Source: an uncultured Flavisolibacter sp.
Lineage (GTDB): Bacteria; Bacteroidota; Bacteroidia; Chitinophagales; Chitinophagaceae
Assembly (NCBI GenBank): GCA_965365435.1
Contig: CBDUBQ010000026.1
Span: 25,641 to 89,640 of the forward strand
DNA length: 64,000 nucleotides
Reading direction: 5' to 3'
Numbering within the stretch: position 1 is the first letter of the stretch; every line of letters starts with the position of its first letter. A program made the translations under genes and the position numbers. The notes below the pieces were generated by a model, which made no database searches, was not told the origin of the DNA, and saw only the letters and a list, made by a program, of their open reading frames with translations. This document shows, piece by piece, positions 1-8,260 of the stretch.

Positions 1-558
1 CGATTGTTGCCATGGGATGATTGTTTTTTTGGTGAAGAAACAGGCCTGTAAAATAATTCGCCAGGTTACGGCGTGGGCGGGCTTTTTTCACCGGGTGGGA
101 GGGGATTTTTCCCGGGGGAGGAAGGGGAGGAATTTTCCTTCGGTAAACAAAGTGACACGCGACGATTCGAGCGCAAACTTTGCTAGTTGCTTTGTTTTCC
201 TACTGACTACATCCAACAAGAACGGGTCCATCGAAGCATTTTTATTGATGTCCATCAAACAAAAAATCTTATCGAAATCGCTTTCAATTGACTTCGTTTG
301 AAAACTTTTGCCAGAAACTTTTGCCAGTGAATATTGTGTATTATAGCTGTTTGTGCCACGAGTATGTTCAACCAGCGACTTAAGTAGGAAGTGGCTTCGT
401 TACAGGATGCCTTACACAGAGAGGATGAACAACAAATAAATGATTTATGGCCTCAAAAATTTTGGAATAAGCTGCGAAGCAAAACGGCAGTAGTTACAAG
501 ATTGAACAAGTTGTCCTTACAACATTGTCATCGCCTCAGAAATTTCGATTCAAAAAAA

Positions 559-734
559 CTACGCCTCTATCCCATCTATGTCCGCAACACCCTTCACAAA
601 GCTAACGGTTTTGGTGGCGGTGTTGTAGAACACCTCCACATAAAACCTGTCCAACTGAAACGGCAACACCAAAAGTCTATGGACGCTCGTTACGTTAAAA
701 ACACGCCCCATCTCTTCACCAGTAATTCCCCCTT
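559..734 (-). pseudogene. Truncated, frameshifted paralogue of the small protein encoded at 7524..7778
   Basis: Minus-strand translation gives KGELLVKRWGVFLT, then a stop at 690-692. One frame over it continues SVHRLLVLPFQLDRFYVEVFYNTATKTVSFVKGVADIDGIEA*. This is colinear with KLVKRWGVFLMERKSMGVSVLLFQLDGFYVEVFYNTATETVSFVKSFEDMDGIEAYL. No start codon is present. The DNA is visibly similar to 7565-7733. Confidence 0.55.
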
Positions 735-750
735 TCACTTACCGACCACA

Positions 751-1497
751 TTAATTTTCTTGATACTGAGTTAGGGGTAAGCGAATGGCCACGGTGGTTT
801 GCCCTTCCTCCGACAGCCACTGAATATCGCCGCCAAACAAGCGGGTGCGGTGGCGCATGTTGCGGGTGCCCATGCCGCTGAACACCGCCGGCAGCGGCTT
901 GCCGTCGTTGATCACCTTTACTTCCAGGGCCTGGCCGTTGCTGATCTGCACCTGGATGCGGGAGGGCTGGGCATGACGAATGGCGTTTTGAATGGCCTCC
1001 TGCACAATGCGAAAAAGGATGATCTGCTGTTCGGGATTCATGGAAATAGCCGTAGAACATTCCACGGCCGCTCTGATGGCGTCACCGGCGTTGATACGCT
1101 CTACTTCGTTGTGCAGGTTGTCCAAAAAGTTGAACTGCTCCAGCCATTCGCGGTCGAGGGAGCGGGAAAGCAGGCGCAGTTCTTCGATGGCTTTGGAAAG
1201 GGTGGCACTGGCCGTTTGCAGCGTGTCGGGTGCCTGGCCCAACTGCAGTTCCATAACGCCCATGAGCATTTTGGTGGTGCTGAGCAACTGGCCCACGTTG
1301 TCGTGCAGCTCATTGGCAATGTGGCGGTAGGTTTCTTCCTGTGTTTCCAGCTTCGATTGCAGCAGTTCCTGTTCAAACCGTTTTGTCATCACCTTTCTTT
1401 CCTCTAATTCTATGGCCATCCTGCGCCGGTACTTCAGCACCGAAAGAATAAAAATGACAGCCAGAAACAGGATCAACGCCATCCCGGCGATAGCCAT
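751..1497 (-). CDS. Sensor histidine kinase, HisKA_3/NarL-partner type, one N-terminal TM helix
   Basis: H-box ANELHDNVGQLLS, N-box IVQEAIQNAIRHA, G-box NDGKPLP...GMGTRNMRHR. I prefer the start at M72 of track ORF 751..1710 because it overlaps the upstream stop as TGATG. An alternative start is at 1527. Confidence 0.8.
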   Translation of the reverse strand: MAIAGMALILFLAVIFILSVLKYRRRMAIELEERKVMTKRFEQELLQSKLETQEETYRHIANELHDNVGQLLSTTKMLMGVMELQLGQAPDTLQTASATLSKAIEELRLLSRSLDREWLEQFNFLDNLHNEVERINAGDAIRAAVECSTAISMNPEQQIILFRIVQEAIQNAIRHAQPSRIQVQISNGQALEVKVINDGKPLPAVFSGMGTRNMRHRTRLFGGDIQWLSEEGQTTVAIRLPLTQYQEN

Positions 1498-2144
1498 CAA
1501 TACGATTTCACCTTTTTGGCGGAGCATAAAAAGCCTATCGACAACAATATATATAAAAAATAGTTTAGAAATATATTTATGTATGTCCGCAATTCTTTTG
1601 CCAATGCCGGGTCCTGTTTTGCAATCAGTGGATAGACAGGATTGAAAAAGAAAACTCCGGCAAAAAAAATGAGCAGTCCTGAACAAATCAGGAATAATGG
1701 ATTGAACCATATTTCACGGCCATCTTCTGGCTCGAAGTTAAAAAGCAGCAAGGCAATCCATATTGTGTTAAGAAAACAACTGATGTTGTATAATACCGAT
1801 GGGTAACCGGAAAACCGATGGTAAAAGAAGGAAAGGCCCGTCGCTAACAGAAAATAAACCGGAAGTGAAAGGTTCATGGCCCTGCGGAGCGGCGCCACCT
1901 TTGTGTTATGCCGATAAAACTGCACTAGGCAGAAATATTCTATGGGGATATAGACATAATAGGGACCATTCTCTTCTTTCTTCAGGTATTGCAGTACCTC
2001 AATTACGCCTTCCGTTACCAGCCCGGCCAACAGCATGATGCGCAGGAAAACAAGGCCGGGAATAGACGTTCTCCCGGCCTTAAAGCTGGCGTAAAGGCAG
2101 AAGAGGTAAATGGTGTAGTATATGTAATCGGCAGATGTGAGCAT
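1497..2144 (-). CDS. Multi-pass (about 6-7 TM) membrane protein, translationally coupled to the kinase
   Basis: 215-aa ORF made almost entirely of hydrophobic helices. Its stop overlaps the kinase ATG (TGATG at 1495-1499). Confidence 0.6.
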   Translation of the reverse strand: MLTSADYIYYTIYLFCLYASFKAGRTSIPGLVFLRIMLLAGLVTEGVIEVLQYLKKEENGPYYVYIPIEYFCLVQFYRHNTKVAPLRRAMNLSLPVYFLLATGLSFFYHRFSGYPSVLYNISCFLNTIWIALLLFNFEPEDGREIWFNPLFLICSGLLIFFAGVFFFNPVYPLIAKQDPALAKELRTYINIFLNYFLYILLSIGFLCSAKKVKSY

Positions 2145-2148
2145 AGGG

Positions 2149-2805
2149 TCAGTAAGAGCCGAAGATTACATCTGAAAACGGTGGTTCTGTGAAGCCCTCC
2201 CTTTGCGCTTTCAACTTTGACCACAATTCCATTGCTTCTTCCATGTTTAAGCTGTCGTTATGAACTTCACCGCAAAGAACGCTTCCGTTATCGAGTGTAA
2301 GGTCAGGCCCTACCGTCATATGCACCGGTTCCGATTTTGCAACGTTCCGGTCGCTTTGGCCTGGCACCGAACTCGGTCTCGTCTGATCTATACCTGCAGC
2401 GTCCTTGGTCGTTTTCACTGCCATAAGAATTAGCGTTAGTTTTTCGGCGGCATCAATCCCCATCGTGTACCTCAATCCTTCGCATTCCCTTTGCGCAATC
2501 AGTTGTAAAATAATTTCTTTACCGAATACACCGGATGCTACATGCTTTTTCCTATCTAGGAGCCTGAGCAATGCAAGGAAGCCTGCATGATCTTTATATT
2601 TTTCGTCAGTTTTTAGTTCATTCGCAAGCTCTTCAACTTGCAGAAAAAGACGGAGGTAGGCATTGACCATTTCAGTGGCCACTTCCTGAGTAATCGGCTG
2701 ACCAAAGCCGATTAACTCATCGTCGGAAGCAAGAGGAATGTACAACTGGTCTTTAGGATGTTTATGGCTGATGCCATACAAGTGCATGTAGTTTGGAGTA
2801 GGCAT
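2149..2805 (-). CDS. Hypothetical protein (218 aa), first gene of the 2805-to-751 operon
   Basis: Long ORF with a 4-nt gap to the next gene and no competing ORF. I recognise no motif. Confidence 0.5.
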   Translation of the reverse strand: MPTPNYMHLYGISHKHPKDQLYIPLASDDELIGFGQPITQEVATEMVNAYLRLFLQVEELANELKTDEKYKDHAGFLALLRLLDRKKHVASGVFGKEIILQLIAQRECEGLRYTMGIDAAEKLTLILMAVKTTKDAAGIDQTRPSSVPGQSDRNVAKSEPVHMTVGPDLTLDNGSVLCGEVHNDSLNMEEAMELWSKLKAQREGFTEPPFSDVIFGSY

Positions 2806-2945
2806 GTTACTTATTTTTTGTTTGAAGGCACAATTTCAGGTACCCAGCGGGTGTAAAAAACGGGGTTTTTCCCGGTATTTGCGGGTTAAATCCCCTTTTT
2901 TCACCTGCCCGTTCCAGTTAGGTTTGTTTTGGTTTAGGAGCTGAA

Positions 2946-2960
2946 TCCGGAAATTCCGGA
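2946..2960. promoter_or_regulatory. Perfect 7+1+7 palindrome TCCGGAA-A-TTCCGGA in a divergent promoter region (possible operator)
   Basis: Read directly from the sequence. It lies between divergent genes 2149..2805(-) and 3010..4512(+). Confidence 0.25.
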
Positions 2961-3009
2961 ACCACCCCTCCTGCCGCTTTTTTTCTTTTCACCACTTAAA
3001 CTATTTTGT

Positions 3010-4512
3010 ATGTCAAACGACATTTTTCTTTACTGGAACAACGCCGCGCTGGAAGCTAACCGGGTCAGCCATACAAACGGCAAAATGGAACAAGCCGGGC
3101 CGGTGCTGAGTGCAAGAGCGCTGGCCATGGTTCACCTCAGCATGTATGAAGCGTATGCCAGGGCCCGGAATAATCCAGCGACGCTGCCGGTGTTTTATCC
3201 TCAATTAAACATCGCCAGCAAGCCATCCGCATCGCCAAGAGCGGCGGTTTCGGCAGCCGGCAGCGCTATGCTGATGAAGCTTTTTCCCTCGCAAAAAGAT
3301 TATTTTCTGCAGCAATTGCATGCGGCTCCACAAGGCGGCGGCGATGCCGCAGCCGGCGTTGGGCTGGGCCAGGCGGTGGCCAACGCCATCTGGCAACTCC
3401 GCAAAAATGACCCGGATGCAAAAGACGATGGTTATTCGCCCTCGCTGGCACGTTATGCCCATCGGCCCGATCCCGAAAATCCCGGGCAAGGATATTATGC
3501 GCCGTTCTACGGCGACAAAGCCGCGCTGTTTGGGATAAAGGATACGACGACGCCGCCGGAACTTGAAGAGCCGCTCAAAAATGTAAACTATCAAATGGCC
3601 CTGGACCAGGTGCGCCGCCTCGGTATTTCACCGGCGTTGGCCGGCACCCTTGAAGCCGGCGAGAAAAAGCGTACGGTCGAGCAAACCCTGATTGGCTTGT
3701 ACTGGGGCTACGATGGTGCAAAGGGACTGGGCACACCGCCCCGCCTGTATAACCAGATTGTGCGGCAGGTTTCGGAAAAGCAAAAACTGGATGAAGACAA
3801 AAATGCTGTGCTGTTTATGCTGGTAAACGTGGCCATGGCCGATGCTGGGACGCTTGCGTGGAAAGAAAAATACAAACACAATTTTTGGCGGCCGGTGGTG
3901 GGCATCCGTGAGCATCACAGTTCCATGGGGTGGCAAGCGCCAACCGACAGTCCATGGGACAAAAACTGCGATCCCGGCTGGCTGCCGCTGGGTGCCCCGG
4001 CTACCAACGGCAACAACCCGCAGTTCTCCACCCCGCAGGTTTCGTCTACGTTTCCCTTCAACCAGATAACCACCGCCCGTGCCAAAAACTTCACGCCCAA
4101 TTTTCCGGCCTATCCATCCGGCCATGCCACATTTGGCGCCGCGGCCCTGCACATGGCCCGCATGGTTTGCGGCATCGCACCCGACAACACGGCGGCCGAT
4201 CCGTTGTTTAAGGATGAATATTTTGTGTCGGAAGAATTGAATGGTGTGAACGAAGACAACAATGGCACGGTGCGGCCCCGCCATCACCGGAAGTTCAACG
4301 ATGGCTTGTGGGGCATGATCATCGAAAACGGACTAAGCCGCGTTTACCTGGGTGTGCATTGGGTGTTTGATGCCTTTGCCACAAAAGCCGATGGCAGTCC
4401 TGACCTTGACAAAAAAAAAATCGGCGGCGTGCCGCTGGGTCTTGATATTTCAAAAGAAATTTTCCGGCATTTTGAAAGCCTGAAAGGAGGAGCGACTGCA
4501 AAGAACGCCTGA
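3010..4512 (+). CDS. Vanadium-dependent haloperoxidase-like / PAP2-superfamily protein
   Basis: All three PAP2/V-HPO motifs are present: KYKHNFWRP (Kx6RP), YPSGHATFG (PSGH), SRVYLGVHWVFD (SRx5Hx3D). The N-terminus, LYWNNAALEANR, is typical of V-haloperoxidases. Confidence 0.8.
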   Translation: MSNDIFLYWNNAALEANRVSHTNGKMEQAGPVLSARALAMVHLSMYEAYARARNNPATLPVFYPQLNIASKPSASPRAAVSAAGSAMLMKLFPSQKDYFLQQLHAAPQGGGDAAAGVGLGQAVANAIWQLRKNDPDAKDDGYSPSLARYAHRPDPENPGQGYYAPFYGDKAALFGIKDTTTPPELEEPLKNVNYQMALDQVRRLGISPALAGTLEAGEKKRTVEQTLIGLYWGYDGAKGLGTPPRLYNQIVRQVSEKQKLDEDKNAVLFMLVNVAMADAGTLAWKEKYKHNFWRPVVGIREHHSSMGWQAPTDSPWDKNCDPGWLPLGAPATNGNNPQFSTPQVSSTFPFNQITTARAKNFTPNFPAYPSGHATFGAAALHMARMVCGIAPDNTAADPLFKDEYFVSEELNGVNEDNNGTVRPRHHRKFNDGLWGMIIENGLSRVYLGVHWVFDAFATKADGSPDLDKKKIGGVPLGLDISKEIFRHFESLKGGATAKNA

Positions 4513-4548
4513 GCCAAGCCATATCAAATAACACAAAGAACCAAAAAC

Positions 4549-5082
4549 ATGGAAAACAAACCTATCATCAATCTCGTGGGCTGGCTGCTTCTTTTTTCTG
4601 CCCTCGGCTTTTTCCTGTACGGCATTGGATACGCTATTTATTTGTCGTGGGATGGTAATGTTGAGAAAGAGTATGCACCGGCGCTGGAAGGCATTATTGC
4701 CTCTTTACAAGCTTTGCTGCTCACCAATTTGGGGATGCTGTTAGGTATCTCTGTAGCCAATCCGCAATCGGGCATCGCACAGCAGCTACTGTTGGGACGG
4801 CCAGCAAAGGGCGTCGAGGCACAAAAATTGGATCTGCCGGACCCCTTGTCACTCCGAGAGAAAATTCAGCTTTTTGGATTGGTCGTTTATGTTGTAAGTC
4901 TTATTGTCTGTGTGGTTACCTGGGCGGTTAATGACTTTCCTTCAGGATTGAGCAATGATACTACAACTACCACAAAAAGAGAAGTACTACCACTGATAGC
5001 TGCATCGGGTAAAATATTTTTCGGCGTGGCGCTGGCGTACCTGACGTTGGTGCTAACGACTAAGCCAGCACAAGGGCAATAG
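4549..5082 (+). CDS. Four-TM membrane protein, unknown function
   Basis: 177-aa ORF with four clear hydrophobic helices, 36 nt after the haloperoxidase-like gene. Confidence 0.6.
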   Translation: MENKPIINLVGWLLLFSALGFFLYGIGYAIYLSWDGNVEKEYAPALEGIIASLQALLLTNLGMLLGISVANPQSGIAQQLLLGRPAKGVEAQKLDLPDPLSLREKIQLFGLVVYVVSLIVCVVTWAVNDFPSGLSNDTTTTTKREVLPLIAASGKIFFGVALAYLTLVLTTKPAQGQ

Positions 5083-5124
5083 ACCAAAAAATAAGCAAAG
5101 ATCGAAAACACAAAAAACACCTTT

Positions 5125-5538
5125 ATGGCTATCGTAAAAATCAAAAAAGCCAATACAATCAACCATGATGCTTTGATGAAAGTTCTATCGACTTTCGGCA
5201 GAGAGGAGGTTTTGGTCAAATACGACCTAGTTACTACTTCCAATGTTTCATTAAGAACTATGTACATCGGCTTCACAGAGATTGAATTAACGAAAGATCA
5301 GAATCCGCTCAATCGTAACCACTTTAGAACCAGTGATTCTAAGTCTTACAAATGCACCGTCACCGACACTGGTTTAAAGGTGCAGATGATTGCTTCCGGT
5401 ATGGAAGGGGATTACTGGGAACTGAAAATCAAAATTCGGAAACAGGGCGCAACTGATTACACAGATTTGTCAGACAATCCCATTTTTGAACAAACCGGGT
5501 CTAATGGCACACTTGACCACAGTGAGTATCATAAATAA
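5125..5538 (+). CDS. Hypothetical soluble protein (137 aa)
   Basis: ORF in a tight co-directional array (42-nt and 8-nt gaps). No motif recognised. Confidence 0.5.
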   Translation: MAIVKIKKANTINHDALMKVLSTFGREEVLVKYDLVTTSNVSLRTMYIGFTEIELTKDQNPLNRNHFRTSDSKSYKCTVTDTGLKVQMIASGMEGDYWELKIKIRKQGATDYTDLSDNPIFEQTGSNGTLDHSEYHK

Positions 5539-5546
5539 ATCCAATC

Positions 5547-6662
5547 ATGAAAAGACTCTTTTTACCCCTATTCTTTTTTTGTTTATCCTTGGCGTCCAGG
5601 TCACAACTAACCGTTGAAGATGCGAGTGGAAAAAGCAGTGTCAATCTCCAGCAATCGAACCTGGCATTTGACTTTAGTGCTACATCGGGTAGGTTTTCTT
5701 TCAATAACTTTCATTTGGCAAAATTTGAGCGGCCGCACCAAACTTTGTGGGGACTCGATCTTCGCGGTGAACTTACCGGAGGCTTAAACCAACTAATCAG
5801 TTCAGGAAACATTTCTACAGGGTCGCGTTTAACGGGTTTTATTGGTTTCATGGGTAGCGGTGATCAAAAAGAGAATATGATTGACCGGGACCGAATAGAA
5901 CTCGAAAAAAGAAGGAAAAAACTTAAATCGGAAAAACCAACGCCGCAAGTAATTGCGGAAATTACCTTGCTGACCGAGCAGATAGACCGCAAAGTGGACG
6001 AACTCATTAGCTATAGGAAAAAAGATGATTATCGCTTCACACGGCGTTTTTTCTACCTGTCCCCTTTTTTAAATGCCAACACGTTCAGGCGTTATAACGA
6101 AGCCATTCCAGGTGATTTAAAGAACCGGTTTCCAAAAGAAAGGTTCCGTGGTGGTGGCTTTGATATCGGACTTAACGAAGTGGTAAGCCGCCGGATTATT
6201 TGGGGTGTTTCTGTCGGCTATGAGAGAGCCAACACCATTGATTCTTTAGAAGACAGGGAAAGTATAGTGAGAACCTCCACGACAGTTAACACACAAACGA
6301 TCATCGACGATAAAAAATTTACTGTCAAAGATGGGACATATGTTGTACATAGCCGACTGAATATTAAAACAGATTTACTTTATTACGGAAAAATCGACAC
6401 CAGCTTCCGGTTTGTTTGGAATGTTTTTTTCACGAGGTGGCATAAAGCTATCAGTCACACCGACGAAGTGAAGGACGTTTTTGTATTAGGCAGTGGCGTC
6501 AATTTTTTTAAATCAAGGGAAGCCAAATTTGTAGGCGGTGTTTACCTACAATCTTCCGATTTATTTAATAATGTTAGCAATGAGCAAGACTTTTTCAGAC
6601 GCCTGAATTTTGGTCTCACTGCAAAATTTGTGTTTGGTTCAATCATTAACGGCGGTCTGTGA
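5547..6662 (+). CDS. Exported protein with signal peptide and a central charged coiled-coil insert; possibly outer-membrane
   Basis: N-terminus MKRLFLPLFFFCLSLASRSQ. The ends have an alternating beta-like pattern. Central segment: DRDRIELEKRRKKLKSEKPTPQVIAEITLLTEQIDRKVDEL. Confidence 0.6.
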   Translation: MKRLFLPLFFFCLSLASRSQLTVEDASGKSSVNLQQSNLAFDFSATSGRFSFNNFHLAKFERPHQTLWGLDLRGELTGGLNQLISSGNISTGSRLTGFIGFMGSGDQKENMIDRDRIELEKRRKKLKSEKPTPQVIAEITLLTEQIDRKVDELISYRKKDDYRFTRRFFYLSPFLNANTFRRYNEAIPGDLKNRFPKERFRGGGFDIGLNEVVSRRIIWGVSVGYERANTIDSLEDRESIVRTSTTVNTQTIIDDKKFTVKDGTYVVHSRLNIKTDLLYYGKIDTSFRFVWNVFFTRWHKAISHTDEVKDVFVLGSGVNFFKSREAKFVGGVYLQSSDLFNNVSNEQDFFRRLNFGLTAKFVFGSIINGGL

Positions 6663-6988
6663 GTTCAATTGCTGATCTTCACTCCAAAACAAAATTCGAA
6701 CGCCAACAAATCCCGACAAGAATATGCATTTTGGCTTTCCCGCTAAAAAGACGGCACACTATCATTTCCCAATAAATTTCTTTTTTTATTTGCTGCAATT
6801 CCCTCTCCCTCTCTATATCTTTCAGATTGCTTGATATACTCAGCACTAAGCCAAAAATTGGACAATGTTAATAAGTTCCTATCAGTGGTAAATCCATTTA
6901 TTGGTGCCTACATTAGCTTTTTTCCACACAACCCGGGAAGCCGAAAACGGGATTTTAGAGTAGGCATTAACCAAATAAATGCTCCGTT

Positions 6989-7258
6989 ATGGCCAAAGCA
7001 ACAAAAGCCGCCACCGATCTGTCCGCCCAATTTGCCGAAAGCATCAATGAGCTGCAAAAGGCAGCCAACAGGGCCGATTTTACCAGCATTCAAACGCGGG
7101 CCGGCACCGCCGCCAAAGGGGTTGATGTCTGCGGCGTTTACGTGAAGGTGCGCCCGTTCCTCGAAATCATTCTGAAAATTCCGGTTATTATTCCCGAGAA
7201 AGTGAAAAAAGGCATACGGCTGCTTATGTCGGTGCTCGATACTATGTGCCCGCGTTGA
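6989..7258 (+). CDS. Small hypothetical protein (89 aa)
   Basis: ORF followed directly by a stem-loop at 7264-7292. No motif recognised. Confidence 0.4.
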   Translation: MAKATKAATDLSAQFAESINELQKAANRADFTSIQTRAGTAAKGVDVCGVYVKVRPFLEIILKIPVIIPEKVKKGIRLLMSVLDTMCPR

Positions 7259-7263
7259 ACAAA

Positions 7264-7292
7264 GCGGTTGAAGGACAAATGCCTTCAGCCGC
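7264..7292 (+). terminator. Stem-loop after the 89-aa ORF
   Basis: GCGGTTGAAGG (7264-7274) pairs with CCTTCAGCCGC (7282-7292) with one G-U pair. The tail is T-rich but there is no clean U-tract. Confidence 0.45.
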
Positions 7293-7523
7293 TCTCTTCT
7301 TCCTTTCCGCAACCGATGATTAGATATGATAAGACAAAAAGAATAGTGGATGATTCAAGTGACCGGATCCGTTTGCAACAAATGAATGTCTGTTAAAAGT
7401 GAATTCATGATCCCGAGGCCTTGTTGCGGGAAATGTTTTATTTAGCGTTGATGTATCAACAAGCTGTTTCAGGTTTTCGTCGCTGGCCTGTCTTTGAATT
7501 GAGAAAGTTTCTGTACGACTTTT

Positions 7524-7778
7524 TTACAACCTCGCCATCACCTCACTAATATCAATTCTTCCCAAATACGCCTCTATCCCATCCATGTCCTCAAAGCTCT
7601 TGACAAAGCTCACCGTTTCGGTTGCCGTATTATAAAACACCTCCACGTAAAACCCATCCAACTGAAACAGCAACACCGAAACGCCCATGGACTTTCGCTC
7701 CATCAGAAACACGCCCCATCTCTTCACCAGTTTTTCCTGTACCTCTGGCGAGGCCGACCGGAATTGTCGCAGCTTCAT
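7524..7778 (-). CDS. Small conserved hypothetical protein (84 aa)
   Basis: Start taken at MKLRQFRSAS inside track ORF 7524..7850. A degenerate paralogue lies at 559-734. Confidence 0.5.
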   Translation of the reverse strand: MKLRQFRSASPEVQEKLVKRWGVFLMERKSMGVSVLLFQLDGFYVEVFYNTATETVSFVKSFEDMDGIEAYLGRIDISEVMARL

Positions 7779-8074
7779 AATGCGGTTTTCTTCTTTAAAT
7801 GCGACAAAAGCGATACCCGCCCTGCTCCAAACACGCCCCGTCCGCCCCATTACATTGCCTGTGCAAGGGATTACACAATACGGTTATTCATCTCTACAGC
7901 ATCCGTTTTGTTCAGTCCGTTCTTTCCGCTTAAAACCCGCATTGGCACTGCATTTGAAAAAGAGGAAGGGAATTACTGCACGGCCCATCGAAGGTCAATG
8001 AGAAGAAGGCCGGCCGAGCAGATTCAAAATGTGTTTTGTGTTTTTTGTGTGTATTGGATAAGGTGGATAATCGC

Positions 8075-8105
8075 AAAAAAGGTAGTCGCCCGGCTACCTT
8101 TTTTC
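8075..8105. terminator. Bidirectional-looking terminator hairpin with no assigned gene
   Basis: AAAAAAGGTAG-TCGCCCGG-CTACCTTTTTT: a 5-bp GC core extended by complementary A and T runs. Confidence 0.4.
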
Positions 8106-8260
8106 ATGTCCATACAGTAACAACCCCACCCCCGGTTTGCCGTTTATGTCCCAATCCTTTTTGCCAACCGCACTTGTAAACCAAAAACATGATCTTATTC
8201 CGGTGGCATTGGCCTTGCATGTGTCCGGTGATCGTTTACACAACAATTCAAACCTTCTTT

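Noticed and set aside
391-774. Track ORF 391..774(+), 127 aa
   Set aside because: It overlies the minus-strand pseudogene fragment (559-734) and runs into the kinase 3' end. It has no motif and looks like antisense read-through of the decayed paralogue.
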